A DNA stretch of 64,000 nt, from the NCBI GenBank assembly GCA_012295275.1, contig CM022678.1, positions 16,926,001-16,990,000 on the forward strand, given 5' to 3'. This document shows, in pieces, positions 42,401-58,500 of this stretch. Source of the DNA: Chrysomallon squamiferum. Lineage: Eukaryota; Animalia; Mollusca. How positions within the stretch are numbered: position 1 is the first letter of the stretch; each line of letters begins with the position of its first letter. The translations under genes and the position numbers were made by a program. The notes beneath the pieces were generated by a model. That model was given only the letters and a program-made list of their open reading frames with translations. It searched no databases and was not told where the DNA came from.

Positions 42401-43302
42401 AGAAAACAAAAGCCGTTATTAATTGGATTCAGGATACACAAACAATGGGATTATCGTGGGAAAGAAGCCTAGGAAAGGAGTTTAAAGATTTCCAAAATTT
42501 ACAGATTTGTACTTTTTTCACTTTGCTTTTTTATTAATTAATACAAATATAAACACAGAAGTTTTCTGAGAGTGTTTGATGAAATTTAAAAAATATATAT
42601 ATAAAAAAAAAAAAAAAAAAAAAAAAAAACGAAGAAAAAACGAAAACAAAAACGATTTTCACAAAAAGGCAAAACACCCACAGCAGTCAAAGGCCTACTC
42701 ATGGGCCCCACCGACAAGGTTAACGACGTCTGCTTTTGAGCATAAGGATACGTGCTATATGTAATAACGCCACAGCTACAGAAACAAAGACAGCTCCCAG
42801 ATATGTTTTTATACTATACTCAATGTTATGAATTAAGAATAAATTGGTGGGGGACGGGGAAAGTTATCGAGAAATTACATTTTTTTTTAACTACTGTTTT
42901 AAATAAAAGATTAGAATTGTATTTGTGCAAAACTTGAAATTCAAGAAGGATTTACGAAAGATTATTGTACAAATGATCAAGTTTACACATTAAATGGAAA
43001 ATATAATGCAAATTTTTATGCAGTGTACAGAGAAAATGTTCTTGTAAATTCGTGAGTGAAAAAGCAGTTCGATTTCCTAGTATCTGTTATTCTACACGTA
43101 ACACCTTACAGCAACATGTTAAATACTTCAGACAAAAAAGTTCGAATATCGTTTATGGCCGCTTCGGCCCCTGTCTATAGTTTCAGTTTCCATGTACGCC
43201 ATAGCGAATAGATCGTATTTAAAAGCAAACATGTTTTTCGTATTTTTATAATGACACGTGTCTATATTTAGAATAGAAGTCGTGTCACGCAGGAAATATT
43301 TA

Positions 43303-43982
43303 CAGTATACCCTCACCTATTCGCGGTTCCCCATTCGCGGCCCCGTATATTCGCGGGTTAGGCTCTTAACCCTATCGCATTGTATGCTGGTATACCAGGC
43401 GAGCGTCATAACGTCATAAAAACAAATGCTCGGTAAACCGCACAAACAATATCAAATTTTTTCAATTATTATTGCAATACAGTACGTATTTTTTTTATAA
43501 ATGCATACACTGTATATACAGTGCATATTTTTTGTGACCGTGTATTAATAATGTTTTTAATTGCACTGTATTTATCTGTCTGTTTTGCCTTTAAATTTGT
43601 TCCACTTTCTGTCAATTCTAATACATATGTTGTACGCATAGAAAATGACTTTACGGTGCAGTAATACAGTATGGGTAACTATGCTATGCGGTGTTACTGT
43701 CCTCATGTACTTACGTTTCTTTCTGATTAAAATATTGTTTCAGTACAAAATTAAAATGTGTTTACATTATCATTACTACATTAGTGAAATACATAACTGC
43801 ATGCAGTATTACTTTATTACTGTATTAATGAGTAAGAGTGTCTTTAGAAAGTGTTTGGGAAGCATTTAGTACCGTATATAATCTCATAATAGACGTTTTA
43901 AAACTGCATCCAATATTCGCGGTTTTTCGCTATTCGCGGTGGGGTAAAGAACGTAACCCCCGCGAATAGCGAGGGAATACTG
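43303..43982. mobile_element. 680-bp non-autonomous Tigger/pogo-like (Tc1/mariner) MITE
   Basis: TIRs CAGTATACCCTCACCTATTCGCGG and CCGCGAATAGCGAGGGAATACTG, TA on both sides, internal attcgcgg repeats. Absent from the paralogous site at about 5670-5685. Confidence 0.88.
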
Positions 43983-44070
43983 TATTTCACTCGTGATGAG
44001 GTCATGGATACCGTAATAGAGACATCGCCTACGTATTTTTAAATGTACTCAATGTTGTTTATTATGATTA

Positions 44071-44523
44071 CCGTATATACTTGTGTACAAGGCGACCTTA
44101 TGTATAAGTCGATGTGTATTTTAAGACCAAACATTGCGTCATTTTAGGTATTACTTGTGCATATGTCGACTGTAGATTCCAGGCACCGTCACTTTGTTTT
44201 CGATTTGTCGGTAGTGGATATTAATGACGATTGCAATATTATTTCACCAAATTCTTTTTATGTCATTAAACGGAAGAATATCATGTTTTACATTAATATT
44301 TGGTTTTGTTATTTAATTTTTCGAAATTTTTTATACGATAAAATTATATTTTTGAAAAGCTGAAAGACCGCGATTATTTTAGATGCATTCCGTAGCAAAA
44401 AATAGTCAAAATGGTGACTCTTCAGCAACAGCTACAAAAGCATTACCTATGTATAAGTCGACCCACAAAATATTACCTTAATATAGTCTCCCAAAAATTC
44501 GACTTATACACAAGTATATACGG
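44071..44523. mobile_element. 453-bp Tc1/mariner-superfamily MITE with CCGTA-type (Tc2-like) TIRs
   Basis: CCGTATATACTTGTGTAC...TATACACAAGTATATACGG with a TA target duplication. An exact empty site, tatgatTAaattgac, is at about 5756-5770. Confidence 0.9.
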
Positions 44524-46466
44524 TAAATTGACAGGGGCGGCTGGCGGGGGGAGGGAAATTATAGACCTATTACATATATTTTTGCTACTATGTTAAACAA
44601 TGGACAAAAACTGTATCTTGATATGATACGTTATTTCTTTCACTGGTGATGATGTCATGGCTACCGGGATAAAGATATCGCCTACTCACTGTTGTTAACT
44701 AAGATTAAATTGGCGGGACAGGGGTTAAATTATAGATATAATACATTTATTATTACTACTGTGTAAAATCAGTAGATTAAATTTCTATCTTGAACGGACA
44801 TAATAATTGAATTTAAAGCAGCATTTAGGAATTCTTTTAGAAATGTGTTATATGTGTTTTCCTATACAAGTTTTTTCATTAGAGTGTCTGTTTATTTTAA
44901 CACAATACAAATGAAGTAAATTATTTTATGTGGCCTAAACATATAAGTGTTTCTAATATAATTCAGACACAAACACAGGCATGCGCGTACACACACACAA
45001 ACAACTCACACACAAATACAACACACAAACTCAAACACATTTTTTAAAGAATTCAAACACACTTACCTGTTTGCGATAAAACAAACAGTAGAATTATTAT
45101 CGTGGACACTTTTAATTGAACTTCCGTCATTACGAATCGGATATCTCAATGTTCTTGTAAATTCGTGACCGAGAAAGTTATTCGAGTTTCCTGTATCAGT
45201 CCTTCTGTACGTAACACACAATCTCAACATGCTAAATACTTTAGACAATAAAGAAAGAAACAAAAAATACTTATATTTTTCTAAAAATTCTAGAATGTCC
45301 TGTCGTTTATGGTCGTTTTGACCATATTTATAGTTTCAATTTCCTGGTAGTGCATGGTATAAAAATAGACAGTTTTACAATGACGCGTGTCTATATTTAG
45401 AATAGAAATTGTACTACACTGGAAATACTTCCTATGAATGTACATGAATTGATACACATAAACATATATACATACACATATACATCATTATAAAGACTTA
45501 TAATAGTGATAATTATGCAGGCGATAATTAGCTATAAAGATTATACAGTACATATATTATCCGAAATTGATTAATTGCAACCAGCTTGCAACTATAATTT
45601 GCAACTAAAACATCTAATTGCTCAAACAATCAACATAATGTGATTGTTTTAACCAGCTGTCGATGTACATACACTAGATAACGCTACTGTCTACCCATTG
45701 TTGAATGGGTTCGACTACCTGTCGCTATATCCGGCAGTGTTGGGTGAAGGGGACAAACTATATTTATGCAAATCATCCAATCTCATCATCACCTAGGACA
45801 AGTATATTATTCCTGAATCTAATTTATTATGATAATTAAAAACATTACCTCAATATATTTACACCAACATTTTTTCTCTCTACTGCTGAGCTTGGAAAAC
45901 CATTTAATTATCGATCCAGTCTGCTAAACTCGTATTAGAGTAACGTCCCTTATTTCTCGGGGATATGGTAAAGCCATGAAGTAGTAGGTAGTGTATGAAT
46001 AAAATATTTGTGATTAGTAAAATGTAAAAACTGAACATCTTTTTTATGTATTTATTTATTCATTTTTTTTATTATTATTATAATTATTATTATTTTAGAT
46101 TTGTGTGTGAGCGTGTGTACGTGTCAGAAATGTGCTAATCCGATTTTCCTTTTTTCTTGTAATGTTAAAAAAAAAAAAAATTGAAGAAAATATAACAAAA
46201 CAAAACAAAATAAAATTAATAACTGAAATGTAATTAAATAATTGAATTAAAATAAAATTAAATAATGGGTATGAAATAAACTTAAATTAAATAAATGAAC
46301 TTAAAATAAAGTAAAACATCTTTCTCTATCTCTGTATATTAAAATTTTTTGTCAGTACAATGTGTGGGTATCATGTGTATCTACAATATACATTTTTTGT
46401 GTTATCTGCTCAGAAAGGAGGTAATTTCATTCGACTCATCTATACTGATTCAGTGTTAAACATTCT

Positions 46467-46504
<38 letters not shown>

Positions 46505-46691
46505 ACAAAGACATACATGAACAGACACAGGTGTACACATAAAAACACACAAACACATACACACATTAGAATACACACATACAAACATGCAAATACATAC
46601 AAAGCACACAAATGTAAATATGTACACAAACACAGAGAAAGACAGAGAGACAGCGAGAGAAAGAAAGAGAGAGAGTGAGAGAGAGAGAGCG

Positions 46692-46791
<100 letters not shown>

Positions 46792-47299
46792 AAACTTTGT
46801 TTTTGCATACATCTCTATGACACACATCTTCCTGTCTATGAGAAAGGAAGAAAATGATAAGAAGATTTACATGATTTTAAATTCTTATTATAACAACTGT
46901 TGTTAATGTTATTGTTATTGCTTTTAGTATCCTTGCCATACTATACAAATTTTTATTATTATTAGTTTAAAACAGAGAAAAAAGGTTATCTGAATATTTT
47001 ATCGCAATACAAGATAATAAATTAAAACTTAAAGATTTTTCATTAACTGAAAAATATTTTTGAAAGCATATCCTGTATAAAATAGATATATAAATAAAAA
47101 CAGCAAGACACAGTCCTAGAGATATGCACATGCAAATATTATTTAGTGTAAAAAGTAAATTTAAAAATTATACTTTCTCAGTTTCCAGCCTGAATATAAA
47201 CATTCATTATGTTCTGTTCTCTACCAAATATCATTGCTTGTATTATCATTTGAAGATATTTAAAAATCAGTATATATATACTTTTTTATATTTCACTCA

Positions 47300-48673
47300 T
47301 TATAAACACTCTCCCGTCTGTTTGTTGCAGACTTTGTCTTTACATCCGTCTGGACACTCTTCTTCGCATTTTGGACCAAAAAACCCAGCAGAACAGGAAC
47401 CGATGCAGAAGCCTTTTTCGTCGCTGTTATTACAATGAGAACGCTGCTGACAACGTGGTCCGTAGAATCCAGAAGGACAACGTTCACAATCTCCCGTCCA
47501 GCGGAGACATCTTCTGTTCAAGCAACTGTCACTGCAGTTCTTTTCACAGTGTTTACCATGTGTTTTGTTACTGGGATAAAATATATTACATTTTTCTTTG
47601 TAATTTTGTGAATATTTTGTGACTTTGACAGAACAGGAAATACACGTGTCGCCATCACCATGGTAATAACCTTCAGAACATCCCTCATCTAAAAATAGAA
47701 TTACACGTATTAATTTACAGGGAATTAGACGAGGCTGTGTGTGCACTTCTACCACATTTGCAGTAATTAAAAGATAAATTGACAGACTAGATACAAGGAT
47801 TGGGTGCTCAAGTAAATGAAATTAACTATGTTGAATTACTGACATCAAAACAGAAATAGTGTGTTTCATTATGCATGTGTACAAAAAGTAAACTCGTTAT
47901 ATTTATTATATTCATGCTTTTGTGACTGTGTTGTATTTGGTGTGTGCATGTTCGTATGTGTATGTGTACACTCACAAAATTAAACTACCAGTCGTTATGT
48001 CCTGTATATCTATACTATAAAATATATCTAGTATACTGGTATACCAAGTATTATGGTCATCTATCAATCGTTTCTTAACATAGCTCTAACCTGTATACTA
48101 CTTATACAAGCTATCCTGCCTAATACATAGCTTTCCTTTGTGTGCTATTATATATCATGCGTAATTATCCTACCTAAAATATGTCTACTATCATGGAATT
48201 CTCAATAACATATGTAGTATGTTTGTTTTCTGAATGCATATCCTTCCTAATATGTCCGTTCCTATCTGTTATCTATCCGATCAGACATGTATATGATTCA
48301 TCTATCCTAGTTAGCTATCCTCATTTAACACACCGAATATATTCTACGTCTCTGCTTTCAAAATGCACCAACTATCCTGTGTGTATCTATAGGATTACTA
48401 ACATATCCACATTACCGTGTATCTGGCATTACAGGACATATCAACTAAACTGTGTATGTATCTAACAACATATAAACTATGGTGTGTATGTATCGTTATT
48501 AACATATGAGCTATCTGTTGTATCTATTCTGCTTCTGTTGACTCTGTTATGCTGGAACATTGATAACTTTACCTGTACAAACTTCATACTACAGTCCTCA
48601 TAGTTTTCCTAGTCGCAGTTTTGGGGGGAACATAGCTCTGATTTGTCTTTACATGTGAAACACCCAACTGAAA
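47300..48673 (-). pseudogene. Copy D: pseudogene paralogue of copy A (ShKT exon 48673-48573, EGF exon 47688-47300; no leader exon)
   Basis: The ShKT exon has an in-frame TAG and is 7 nt short (frameshift). The EGF exon stops at GECL*. Intron-1 homology ends at about 50830, before the leader position. Confidence 0.85.
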
Positions 48674-50427
48674 CTGAACAAGTTGAAAACAATATCAAAT
48701 ATTGTTCACGATGGAAATGTGTACATACAAACATACACACCCACACAAACATACACATTAACACACACATATTGTATATACTTAGAATGAAATATGAACA
48801 TATACACACACATACATATATACATACACTCACACGCACACATATATATACACTTCTGTGTAATTTTATTTATTTATTTATTAGTTTGTTGTTTTCATCT
48901 TTTTAATTATTTATATATATATATATATTTGTGCTATTCTTGGTTTTGTTGCAGGGTAACTGTTTTTCAGGTATGACCAATTTAAAACAGTGAAAAGTTG
49001 GAACGCCCATCAGACACAGAATAATTTCAGAATTAAAGGATCAAACTTAAATAATATTTACTAAAACTTAACTAAAACTTAAAATAATAATTCATCAAAA
49101 TTTAATGATTAAAAATTTAACAGTTCGTCATATGACGTAAGAACGTGTTCCCGAATATTCTTCAGCTTAGCGCCTCACAAACTGAGATTAGACTCGAAAC
49201 AAATCGAGGGTCATACTAAAAATAGAATCTACAAAACCTGTTAAAAGGTTTCCAAATTTCTGAGATCTGTAATTTTGCTATTAAATAATTGAAAGGCAAA
49301 CACAATAAAAAAACAAAATAAATAAATAAAAAAAACAAAAACATAATAATAATAAATAAAAGAGAGAGAGGGAAAACAAGAGTGGGGGCTCAGGGCATTA
49401 AATAGCTTAGGGCCTCACCAAATCTAAATTCGACACTTCGATCTACCCCAAAAAGACAAGGCGCCCAGAACAGGCACAGAATAAAGCCTACCGATGTCCC
49501 TAGCGACAAGGTTAAAAAAACAGATATTTTTCATTCTGTACTCAGTGTTGTTATATTACTTATTTCTAGTCATACTTCATTACTAATCAAGATTAACTTG
49601 GTGGGGAAAATTATAATTTTACTATTGTAAGCTTTAACTAATATTTAAACGTATAGAACTACATAACCTGCCAGAATGTTTCGAGGGGGGATGACTGTTT
49701 ACACACTCGTACAACTGTTTCACCGCGTAGTGGCTTTAATTTTCAATTTCTCTGTGTTTTACTATATTTAAAATATTGCTCTTTCTAAAAATATGTTTAT
49801 GAAAATAGTCTGTTCTCGGAATTTAAAGAAATGTTTTCATAAAAGTTTTCTACCGCTTTCGGTAAGCAAAAACACTTATCTTGGATACACAAATGGTGCC
49901 AAGTGCCTGAAGATTTGTTTGGTTGAATCTGTTTGTAGAACAAATGCTTGTACAATAACACGATCAGCTTAAAAGAAACATAACAGGTGATCCACAACGA
50001 GGTGTCGTCTACCCAACACAGATCTGACTGAAATCAATCTCTCTGGTTCGCAATACGAGATAACCTTCACGCAATAAGCACAAAGACACGACTTAACATT
50101 TTACATTAGTGCAGTTTTTATTCAGATCGCTGCTCAAACAGAAACTAAATAAAGCGTTGAAAAGTCAGTATAAATATTTCAAACCAGGATGACGGGCTAC
50201 TAGTACAGGCACTTTGGAATATCTTTATATATATATATATATTATATTATATTATTATTATATAAAAAAAAAAAAAAAAATAAAAAAAAAAATAAAAAAA
50301 AAAAAAAACAGAATAAACGAAAAAATAATACATTATATAAAAATAACAGGAATAACAAGTACACAAAAAACTATATATATATTTAAATTATTTTATTTAG
50401 GAACACAAATCACGGGAAATAAATTCT

Positions 50428-50472
<45 letters not shown>

Positions 50473-52069
50473 TATACCAAAGATTCTGATGACCGAGACT
50501 TGTTTTTTCATTGCCAGATATAGTGATATACAAATATATAGATACAGATATTGATATATATTATATTTTTTAAATACACTCGGCGCCTTAATACATCTGA
50601 TATATATATATATTGCTGTTATTTTTATATAATGTATTATTATTTTTTACCGTTATTCTGTTTTTTTTATTATTTTTATTTATATTTTTTATAATAATAA
50701 TACCTATATATTATAAATTGTGTGGAATGTAGATTTATACTTAACTACCAAGTTTACGATTCAATTATCTCAATTCAACGTTTTCTTTCCATGTTTTTTC
50801 AATTAGAGTGTCTGGTTATTTCTTACACAATATCGCTCTCATTCTGATTCGGCGCGCATGTTTAAAATGGAGACTTCCTCCGTTCAGCCGCTCAACTGGG
50901 AGAACACAAAAGTCGCTATTAATTGTAGGAAATTATCTTGATACGTAGTTATTGTTGATAGCTAGTTGTGCTATTACTAAAATGTTACTGGTGTCAGATA
51001 AGAAGACGTATGGAAGCTCGACAACCTGCCACTCTCGGATTAAGCTACAAGCTAAACAATTATGGCTTAGAGCAGGAAATCTGCATGTGGCTTTACGAAG
51101 ACTCCAGATTGGGTTTTATACTCATTTTTGTGTTGTCCGTCATTCCGTCCGTACGAATTGTCATGATATTTGATGTCAGGATATGAAACTAGTGGAAGGA
51201 GAGTCATCCTTTGTACAGAAATCAAACAAGATCACCTCCGAAACCGCGAATCGGATTAACGTTAAACAAACAATAGATCATCCTAAGAAGGAAACCCCAC
51301 AAAAGATTTCCAAAATGTTCAGATTTATTATTTGTCACATTGCTGTTAAATAACTCAAACAGATATGAACATAAATGTTTTCCGAAACCAGTTGGTGAAA
51401 TTTAAAAAAAAATGAAAAAAAAGAAGAAAATAAAGATACGTCGGGGTCTCAGGGCTCTACTGGGAGAACACAGAAGTCACTATTATTTTTAGGAAAATAT
51501 TAGTTATTCTTGAAAGGTAGTTGCGCTATTACTAAAATGTTAGGGGTGTGATATAAGAACGCTTATGTAAGCTCGACACTCTACCAGTACCGGATTTAGC
51601 TACACGGTAAACAGCTACAGCTTAGGGGCTCACCAAAGTTTAATGCTTACCACTTTAACAGTTTCTCGTATGACGCAAGAACGGATTCCCATATATCCCT
51701 CTCGCGTCTCCAGCAGCTGCGCATTGTAAACGGAGATTTCCTGTGTTCTGTCGCTCTGCTATGAGAACACAAAAGCCGCTATTTATTAGTTTCACATTAG
51801 TCAAACATTGGGTGATCGTAGGAAGGAACCCTAGAAAACGATCTAAACAAAAAGGCAAAACGCCCACAGCAATCAGTCAAACGGCTACCCATGGGCCCTA
51901 AAGACAAGGTTAACGACCTCTGCTATAGAGAAAAAAGGTTACATCCTCTATATAATGACGTCACGGCTAGGGAAAAACCCAGCTCCCAAATATGTCTATA
52001 CTGTACTCAGTGTTGTGATTTAAGATTTATTTCGAGGGAAAAAACACTGGTACAGAATGCATGTACAAG

Positions 52070-54032
52070 CGATTCTATCAAATGACACAATAAATTATTT
52101 TATTTACTGATTTTTTTATTCTAACAAAAATAAGCAAAGTAGAGAGGATAGATAAATAAATAAGTAAACAAATAAAGAACCACTTTGGAACTTTAAAACG
52201 ATCGAAGACTTACTGAGTACATCTCACTTAAGGGACCTAACTCTAATATATGTTTGTGAACACATATCACTAAATGGAGATACGTCTAATCCATCTAATT
52301 TTTACTTTGCTTAGTCAATACGTCTCACGAAAGGGACCTAACTCAAATCGAAATGGATTTTTGATTTTTGTATATATATGACAGACAGACGGACACACAC
52401 ACACACACACACACAAACTCATACACACAGAAAAATCTTTTGTACTGAATGCATATACAAACTGTAAAACGAACAAAATTAAATTAATTAAAAATTGCCA
52501 GAAGATTTAAAAAGAAAAAATTTTAAGAATAATAATAAAATACAAAATAAAAAAATAAATTCTGATATTAAAAACCGATTCTATATTAAATGACACAATA
52601 AATTATTTTATTTCCTGATTTTTTTTTTTTATTATAACAACAAGAAGCAAAGTAGACAGGATAGAATAAATAAATAAGTAAACAAATAAAGAACCACTTG
52701 AAACTTTAAAACGATCGAAACGATTAGTGAGTACATCTCACCTAAGGGCTCTATCTCTAATATATGTTTGAGAACACATATCACTAAAGGGAGATAAGTC
52801 TAATGGATCTAATTTTTACTTTGCTTACTGAGTACATCTCACGTAAGGGACCTATGGGACCTAACTCTAATCGAAATGATTTTTCACAGCTTAGTATGCA
52901 TATACAATATAGAAACAAATATTATTTAAAAATTGCCACAGATAAATACGAATAATAATAAAATAGAAACACAAATAATAAACTGATATTAAAAAACACA
53001 CAGACACAATAAATTATTTTAAAAAATATCTAGTACCTGAATAAATATAAACAAATTGTAAAAGGAACGAAAATTGAATTAATCAAAATATTGCCAGGGA
53101 AGATTAAAAAAAAAGGGAAAAATAAATTTAAGAATATTAAGAAAATCCTAAAAAGAAATAACAAATTCTTATATTGCAAAACCGATTCTATCAAATGACA
53201 CAATAAATTATTTTGTTTCTTTGCTTTTTTTTTATTATAACAACAATAAGGAAAGTAGACAGTATAGAATAAATAAATAAGTAAACAAATAAAGAACCAC
53301 TATGAAAATTTAAAACGATCAAACGTTAGTGAGTACATCTCACCTAAGGGCCCTATCTCAAATATATGTTTGTGAACACATATCAGTAAAGGGAGATAAG
53401 TCTAATGGATCTAATTTTTACTTTGCTTAGTGAATACATCTCACGTAAGGGACCTATATCTAATCGAAATGATTTTTTGTTTTCTTATTATATATATACA
53501 CCCTGACAGACATACGGACATATTCACACATACAAAAACACACACTGTGATACACAGAGAAAAATCTCTTGTACATAATGCATATACAATTGTAACGCAA
53601 ACGAATTTCAATTAATTAAAAATTGCCAGAAGATTTATAAATAAATAAATTTCAGAATAATAATAAAATACAAACAGAAATAATAAATTCTGATATTAAA
53701 AAACCGATTATATGAAAAGACACAATAAATTATTTTATTTCCTGATTTTTTACTATAACAACAATAAGCTAAGTAGACAGGATAGAATAAATAAATAAGT
53801 AAACAAATAAAGAAAAACTTTGAAACTTTAAAACGACAGAAGACTAAGTGAATACATCTCACCTAAGGGCTCTATCTCTAATATATGTTTCCGAACACGT
53901 GCCACTAAAGGGAGATAATTCTAATCCATCCAATTTTTACTTGCTTACTGAGTACATCTCACGTAAGGGACCTAACTCTAATCGAAATGATTTTTTCTTT
54001 GCTTAGTATATATATATATATATACACAGATG

Positions 54033-54069
<37 letters not shown>

Positions 54070-55555
54070 GTGAACAAATATCTAGTACCTAACGCATATA
54101 CAATTGTTATAGGAACGAAATTAAATTAATCCAATATTGCCAGAAGATTTAAAAACAAATAAATTTAAGAATATTAAGAAAATCCTAAAAGAAATAACAA
54201 ATTCTTATATTGCAAAACCGATTCTATCAAATGACACAATAAATTATTTTGTTTCGTTTTGTTTTTTATTATAACAACAATCAAGGAAAGTAGACAGTAT
54301 AGAATAAATAAATAAGTAAACAAATAAAGAACCACTATGAAAATTTAAAACGATCAAACGATTAGTGAGTACATCTCACCTAAGGGTCCTATCTCAAATA
54401 TATGTTTTTGAACACATATCAATGAAGGGAGATAAATCAAATGGATCTAATTTTTACTTTGCTTAGTGAATACATCTCACGTAGGGGACCTAACTCTAAT
54501 CGAAATGATTTTTTGTTTTCTTAGTATATATACACCCTGACAGAAATACGGACATATTCACACATACAAAAACACACACTGTGATACACAGAGAAAAATC
54601 TCTTGTACATAATGCATATACAATTGTAAAGCAAACGAATTTCAATTAATTAAAAATTGCCAGAAGATTTATAAATAAATAAATTTCAGAATAATAATAA
54701 AATACAAACAGAAATAATAAATTCTGATATTAAAAAACCGATTATATGAAAAGACACAATAAATTATTTTATTTCCTGATTTTTTACTATAACAACAATA
54801 AGCTAAGTAGAGAGGATAGAATAAATAAATAAGTAAACAAATAAAGAAGCACTATGAAAATTTAAAACGATCAAACGATTAGTGAGTACATCTCACCTAA
54901 GGGTCCTATCTCAAATATATGTTTTTGAACACATATCAATGAAGGGAGATAAATCTAATGGATCTAATTTTTACTTTGCTTAGTGAATACATCTCAGGTA
55001 GGGGACCTAACTCTAATCGAAATGACTTTTTGTTTTCTTAGTATATATACACCCTGACAGAAATACAGACATATTCACACATACACAAACACACACTGTG
55101 ATACACAGAGAAAAATCTCTTGTACATAATGCATATACAATAGTTAAGGAAACGAATTTCTATTAATTAAAAATTGGCAGAAGATTTATAAATAAATAAA
55201 TTTCAGAATAATAATAAAATACAAACAGAAATAATAAATTCTGATATTAGAAAAAGGATTATCTGAAAAGACAAAATAAATTATTTTATTTCCTGATTTT
55301 TTTCCATAACAACAATAAGCTAAGTACACAGGACAGAATAAATAAATAAGTAAACAAATAAAGAAAAACTTTGAAGCTTTAAAACGACAGAAGACTAAGT
55401 GAGTACATCTCACCTAAGGGCTCTGCTCTAATATATGTTTCCGAACACGTGCCACTAAAGGGAGATAATTCTAATCCATCCAATTTTTACTTGCTTACTG
55501 AGTACATCTCACGTAAGGGACCTAACTCTAATCGAAATGATTTTTTCTTTGCTTA

Positions 55556-55590
<35 letters not shown>

Positions 55591-58500
55591 GATGAAACAC
55601 ACACATACGCAGAGACACACACACACACGCACACACACAGACAGTGATCAAATATCTAGTACCTAACGCATATAAAATTGTAAAAGGAACGAAATTGAAT
55701 TAATCCAATATTGCCAGATTTAAAAACAAATAAATTTAAGAATATTAAGAAAATCCAAAAAGAAATAACAAATTCTTATATTGCAAAAGCGATTCTATCA
55801 AATGATATAATAAATTATTTTGTTTCCTTGTTTTTTTTTATTATAACAACAATAAGGAAATTAGACAGTATAGAATAAATAAATAAGTAAACAAATAAAG
55901 AACCACTATGAAAAGTTAAAACGATCGAATGGTTAGTGAGTACAACTCACCCAAGGGTCCTATCTCAAATATATGCTTTTGAACACATATCAGTAAAGGG
56001 AGATAAGTCTAATGGATCTAATTTTTACTTTGCTTAGTGAATACATCTCACGTAGGGGACCTAACTCTAAACGAAATGATTTTTCGTTTTCTTAGTATAT
56101 ATACACCCTGACAGACATACGGACATATTCACACATACAAAAACACACACTGTGATACACAGAGAAAAATCTCTTGTACATAATGCATATACAATTGTAA
56201 CGCAAACGAATTTCAATTAATTAAAAATTGCCAGGAGATTTATAAATAAATAAATTTCAGAATAATAATAAAATACAAACAGAAATAATAAATTCTGATA
56301 TTAAAAAACCGATTGTATGAAAAGACACAATAAATTATTTTATTTCCTGATTTTTTACTATAACAACAATAAGCTAAGTACACAGGATAGAATAAATAAA
56401 TAAGTAAACAAATAAAGAAAAACTTTGAAACTTTAAAACGACAGAAGACTAAGTGAATACATCTCACCTAAGGGCTCTATCTCTAATATATGTTTCCGAA
56501 CACGTGCCACTAAAGGGAGATAATTCTAATCCATCCAATTTTTACTTGCTTACTGAGTACATCTCACGTAAGGGACCTAACTCTAATCGAAATGATTTTA
56601 TCTTTTGCTTAGTATACATATATATACACAGATGACACACACGCACACACACACACACGCACACACAGAGACAGTGAACAAATATCTAGTACCTAACGCA
56701 TATACAATTGTTATAGGAACGAAAGTAAATTAATCCAATATTGCCAGAAGATTTAAAAACAAATAAATTTAGGAATATTAAGAAAATCCTAAAAGAAATA
56801 ACAAATTCTTATATTGCAAAACCGATTCTATCAAATGACACAATAAATTATTTTGTTTCCTTGTTTTTTATTATAACAACAATAAAGAAAGTAGACAGTA
56901 TAGAATAAATAAATAAGTAAACAAATAAAGAAGCACTATGAAAATTTAAAACGATCAAACGATTAGTGAGTACATCTCACCTAAGGGTCCTATCTCAAAT
57001 ATATGTTTTTGAACACATATCAATGAAGGGAGATAAATCAAATGGATCTAATTTTTACTTTGCTTAGTGAATACATCTCACGTAGGGGACCTAACTCTAA
57101 TCGAAATGATTTTTTGTTTTCTTAGTATATATACACCCTGACAGAAATACAGACATTTTCACACATACACAAACACACTATAATAATAATAAAATACAAA
57201 CATAAATAATAAATTCTGATATTAAAAAATTTAAAAATTTTAAGAATCTTAATAAAAAAAAACAAAAAAATTATATTAAAAATATCAAATGACCAATAAA
57301 TTATTTTTTTACTATAACAACAATAAGCTAAGTAGAGAGGATAGAATAAATAAATAAGTAAACAAATAAAGAAGCACTATGAAAATTTAAAACGATCAAA
57401 CGATTAGTGAGTACATCTCACCTAAGGGTCCTATCTCAAATATATGTTTTTGAACACATATCAATGAAGGGAGATAAATCTAATGGATCTAATTTTTACT
57501 TTGCTTAGTGAATACATCTCAGGTAGGGGACCTAACTCTAATCGAAATGACTTTTTGTTTTCTTAGTATATATACACCCTGACAGAAATACAGACATATT
57601 CACACATACACAAACACACACTGTGATACACAGAGAAAAATCTCTTGTACATAATGCATATACAATAGTTAAGGAAACGAATTTCTATTAATTAAAAATT
57701 GGCAGAAGATTTATAAATAAATAAATTTCAGAATAATAATAAAATACAAACAGAAATAATAAATTCTGATATTAGAAAAAGGATTATCTGAAAAGACAAA
57801 ATAAATTATTTTATTTCCTGATTTTTTTCCATAACAACAATAAGCTAAGTACACAGGACAGAAAAAATAAATAAGTAAACAAATAAAGAAAAACTTTGAA
57901 GCTTTAAAACGACAGAAGACTAAGTGAGTACATCTCACCTAAGGGCTCTGCTCTAATATATGTTTCCGAACACGTGCCACTAAAGGGAGATAATTCTAAT
58001 CCATCCAATTTTTACTTGCTTACTGAGTACATCTCACGTAAGGGACCTAACTCTAATCGAAATGATTTTTTCTTTGCTTAGTATATATATATATATATAT
58101 ATATATAGACAGATGAAACACACACATACGCAGAGACACACACACACACGCACACACACAGACAGTGATCAAATATCTAGTACCTAACGCATATAAAATT
58201 GTAAAAGGAACGAAATTGAATTAATCCAATATTGCCCAGAAGATTTAAAAACAAATAAATTTAAGAATATTAAGAAAATCCTAAAAGAAATAACAAATTC
58301 TTATATTGCAAAACCGATTCTATCAAATGACACAATAAATTATTTTGTTTCCTTGTTTTTTATTATAACAACAACAAGGAAAGTAGACAGTATAGAATAA
58401 ATAAATAAGTAAACAAATAAAGAACCACTATGAAAATTTAAAACGATCAAACGATTAGTGAGTACATCTCACCTAAGGGTCCTATCTCAAATATATGTTT

